Shown piece after piece: positions 63,757-64,000 of a DNA stretch of 64,000 bases. Source of the stretch: Terriglobia bacterium. Its GTDB lineage: Bacteria; Acidobacteriota; Terriglobia; Acidiferrales; UBA7541. The first letter of the stretch is position 1, and the number at the start of each line of letters is the position of its first letter. The notes under the pieces are model-generated. The model saw only the letters and a list, made by a program, of their open reading frames with translations. It was not told the origin of the DNA and made no database searches. The stretch covers positions 25,710 to 89,709 of the forward strand of contig JAIQEV010000005.1 of assembly GCA_020073585.1 (NCBI GenBank), read 5' to 3'. The translations under genes and the position numbers were made by a program.

Positions 63757-64000
63757 CTACACCGCCTCGTAAAAACCTTGCAGGACTCTTTGGTGCCCCT
63801 CTTGCTGCTCTTTCTGGGTGTGGGTCGGTCCTACAAAGATGTGTTCGAAATGACGCAAGGCCCGCTCGGCGAGCAAGAGGTAACAATCGCGGAAGATATG
63901 CCAGGCTTCATCGCCTAACCAGCCTTCGGGCAGAAGTTCAGAGGGGAGCTCGGGATCGTTGTGCAGAAACTCGCCGAACTGGTGCAGGAGATGGATGCGG
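63757..64000 (-). CDS. PaaX-family transcriptional regulator (copy 3), C-terminal 80 codons (5' end outside window)
   Basis: Own translation of the minus strand gives ...RIHLLHQFGEFLHNDPELPSELLPEGWLGDEAWHIFRDCYLLLAERALRHFEHIF...EAV*. It is collinear with the copy-2 tail LLHEYGRFLYLDPGLPSELLPEGWLANDAWRVFRDCYFLLAERALAFFEENF. Stop is at 63757-63759. Confidence 0.7.
   Translation of the reverse strand, partial: RIHLLHQFGEFLHNDPELPSELLPEGWLGDEAWHIFRDCYLLLAERALRHFEHIFVGPTHTQKEQQEGHQRVLQGFYEAV

Noticed and set aside
63065-63886. 273-aa minus-strand ORF overlapping the 3' end of the acyl-CoA ligase.
   Set aside because: It is antisense to a gene with complete ANL motifs. The true minus-strand gene here is the PaaX-like tail, in a different frame (63757-64000).
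1-64000. Search for phage/defence/mobile systems: integrases, restriction-modification, toxin-antitoxin pairs, Cas proteins, retrons, secretion-system ATPases.
   Set aside because: No ORF showed the corresponding hallmark motifs by eye. The only mobile-DNA traces are the transposase tail at 6670-6795, the repeats and the tRNA fragment. I cannot exclude highly divergent small systems in the orphan ORFs at 7.4-8.5 kb.

Overview
High-GC bacterial chromosome segment, about 60-68% GC on hand-counted lines. The gene content points to Acidobacteriota (inference): a CarboxypepD_reg/TonB-type barrel, a GWxTD protein, characteristic palindromic and short-repeat junk, and many long antisense ORFs. Nearly all real genes lie on the + strand and are tightly packed, often with ATGA/GTGA start-stop overlaps.

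Gene order:
1. 3' end of a TonB-dependent receptor, then aminotransferase, amidohydrolase and cupin.
2. arsR-acr3 arsenite efflux pair.
3. A ~2.5 kb scar region (6.5-9 kb) with a transposase-tail remnant, direct and tandem repeats, and a lower-GC patch carrying two orphan secreted/membrane ORFs.
4. A CYCXC-motif protein and a sigma-70 region-4-only mini protein.
5. A GWxTD protein plus an outer-membrane barrel.
6. A PDZ-containing sensor kinase and a sigma54-dependent response regulator, preceded by a candidate -24/-12 promoter.
7. A ~25 kb surface-glycan locus. It starts with a TPR/CBM protein, an O-antigen-ligase-like protein, a Wza-like exporter and a Wzc-like tyrosine autokinase. It continues with three SDR sugar-modifying enzymes, three GT2, three GT-B-type glycosyltransferases (two GT4/GT1-like and one CgeB-like) and a GT-C-like membrane protein. 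It also carries Wzm/Wzt, five SAM-methyltransferase domains, a NodU/CmcH carbamoyltransferase and a decayed AlgJ/AlgX-like fragment.
8. On the minus strand, a secreted tandem M42 peptidase and an orphan histidine kinase.
9. tRNA-Ser(TGA) and a 3' fragment of a tRNA-Asn.
10. A ~16 kb 2-oxoacid/aryl-acid module. It contains E1 alpha/beta without E2, IorA, IorB fused to a 2x[4Fe-4S] delta domain, and a four-subunit-type 2-oxoacid:ferredoxin oxidoreductase. It also contains a crotonase, an acyl-CoA ligase, three PaaX-family regulators, a tandem pair of U32-family (UbiV/UbiU-like) proteins and an exported beta-propeller.

Most interesting candidates for undescribed biology:
- The PaaX-bracketed U32 pair / beta-propeller / CoA-ligase operon, a possible O2-independent hydroxylation module for aryl acids.
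- The hybrid ABC-transporter plus Wzc/Wza glycan locus, with heavy methylation/carbamoylation capacity and no priming transferase.
- The GWxTD / OM-barrel pair next to the PDZ-kinase / sigma54 regulator.

All family calls rest on motifs read by eye. No database search was possible.
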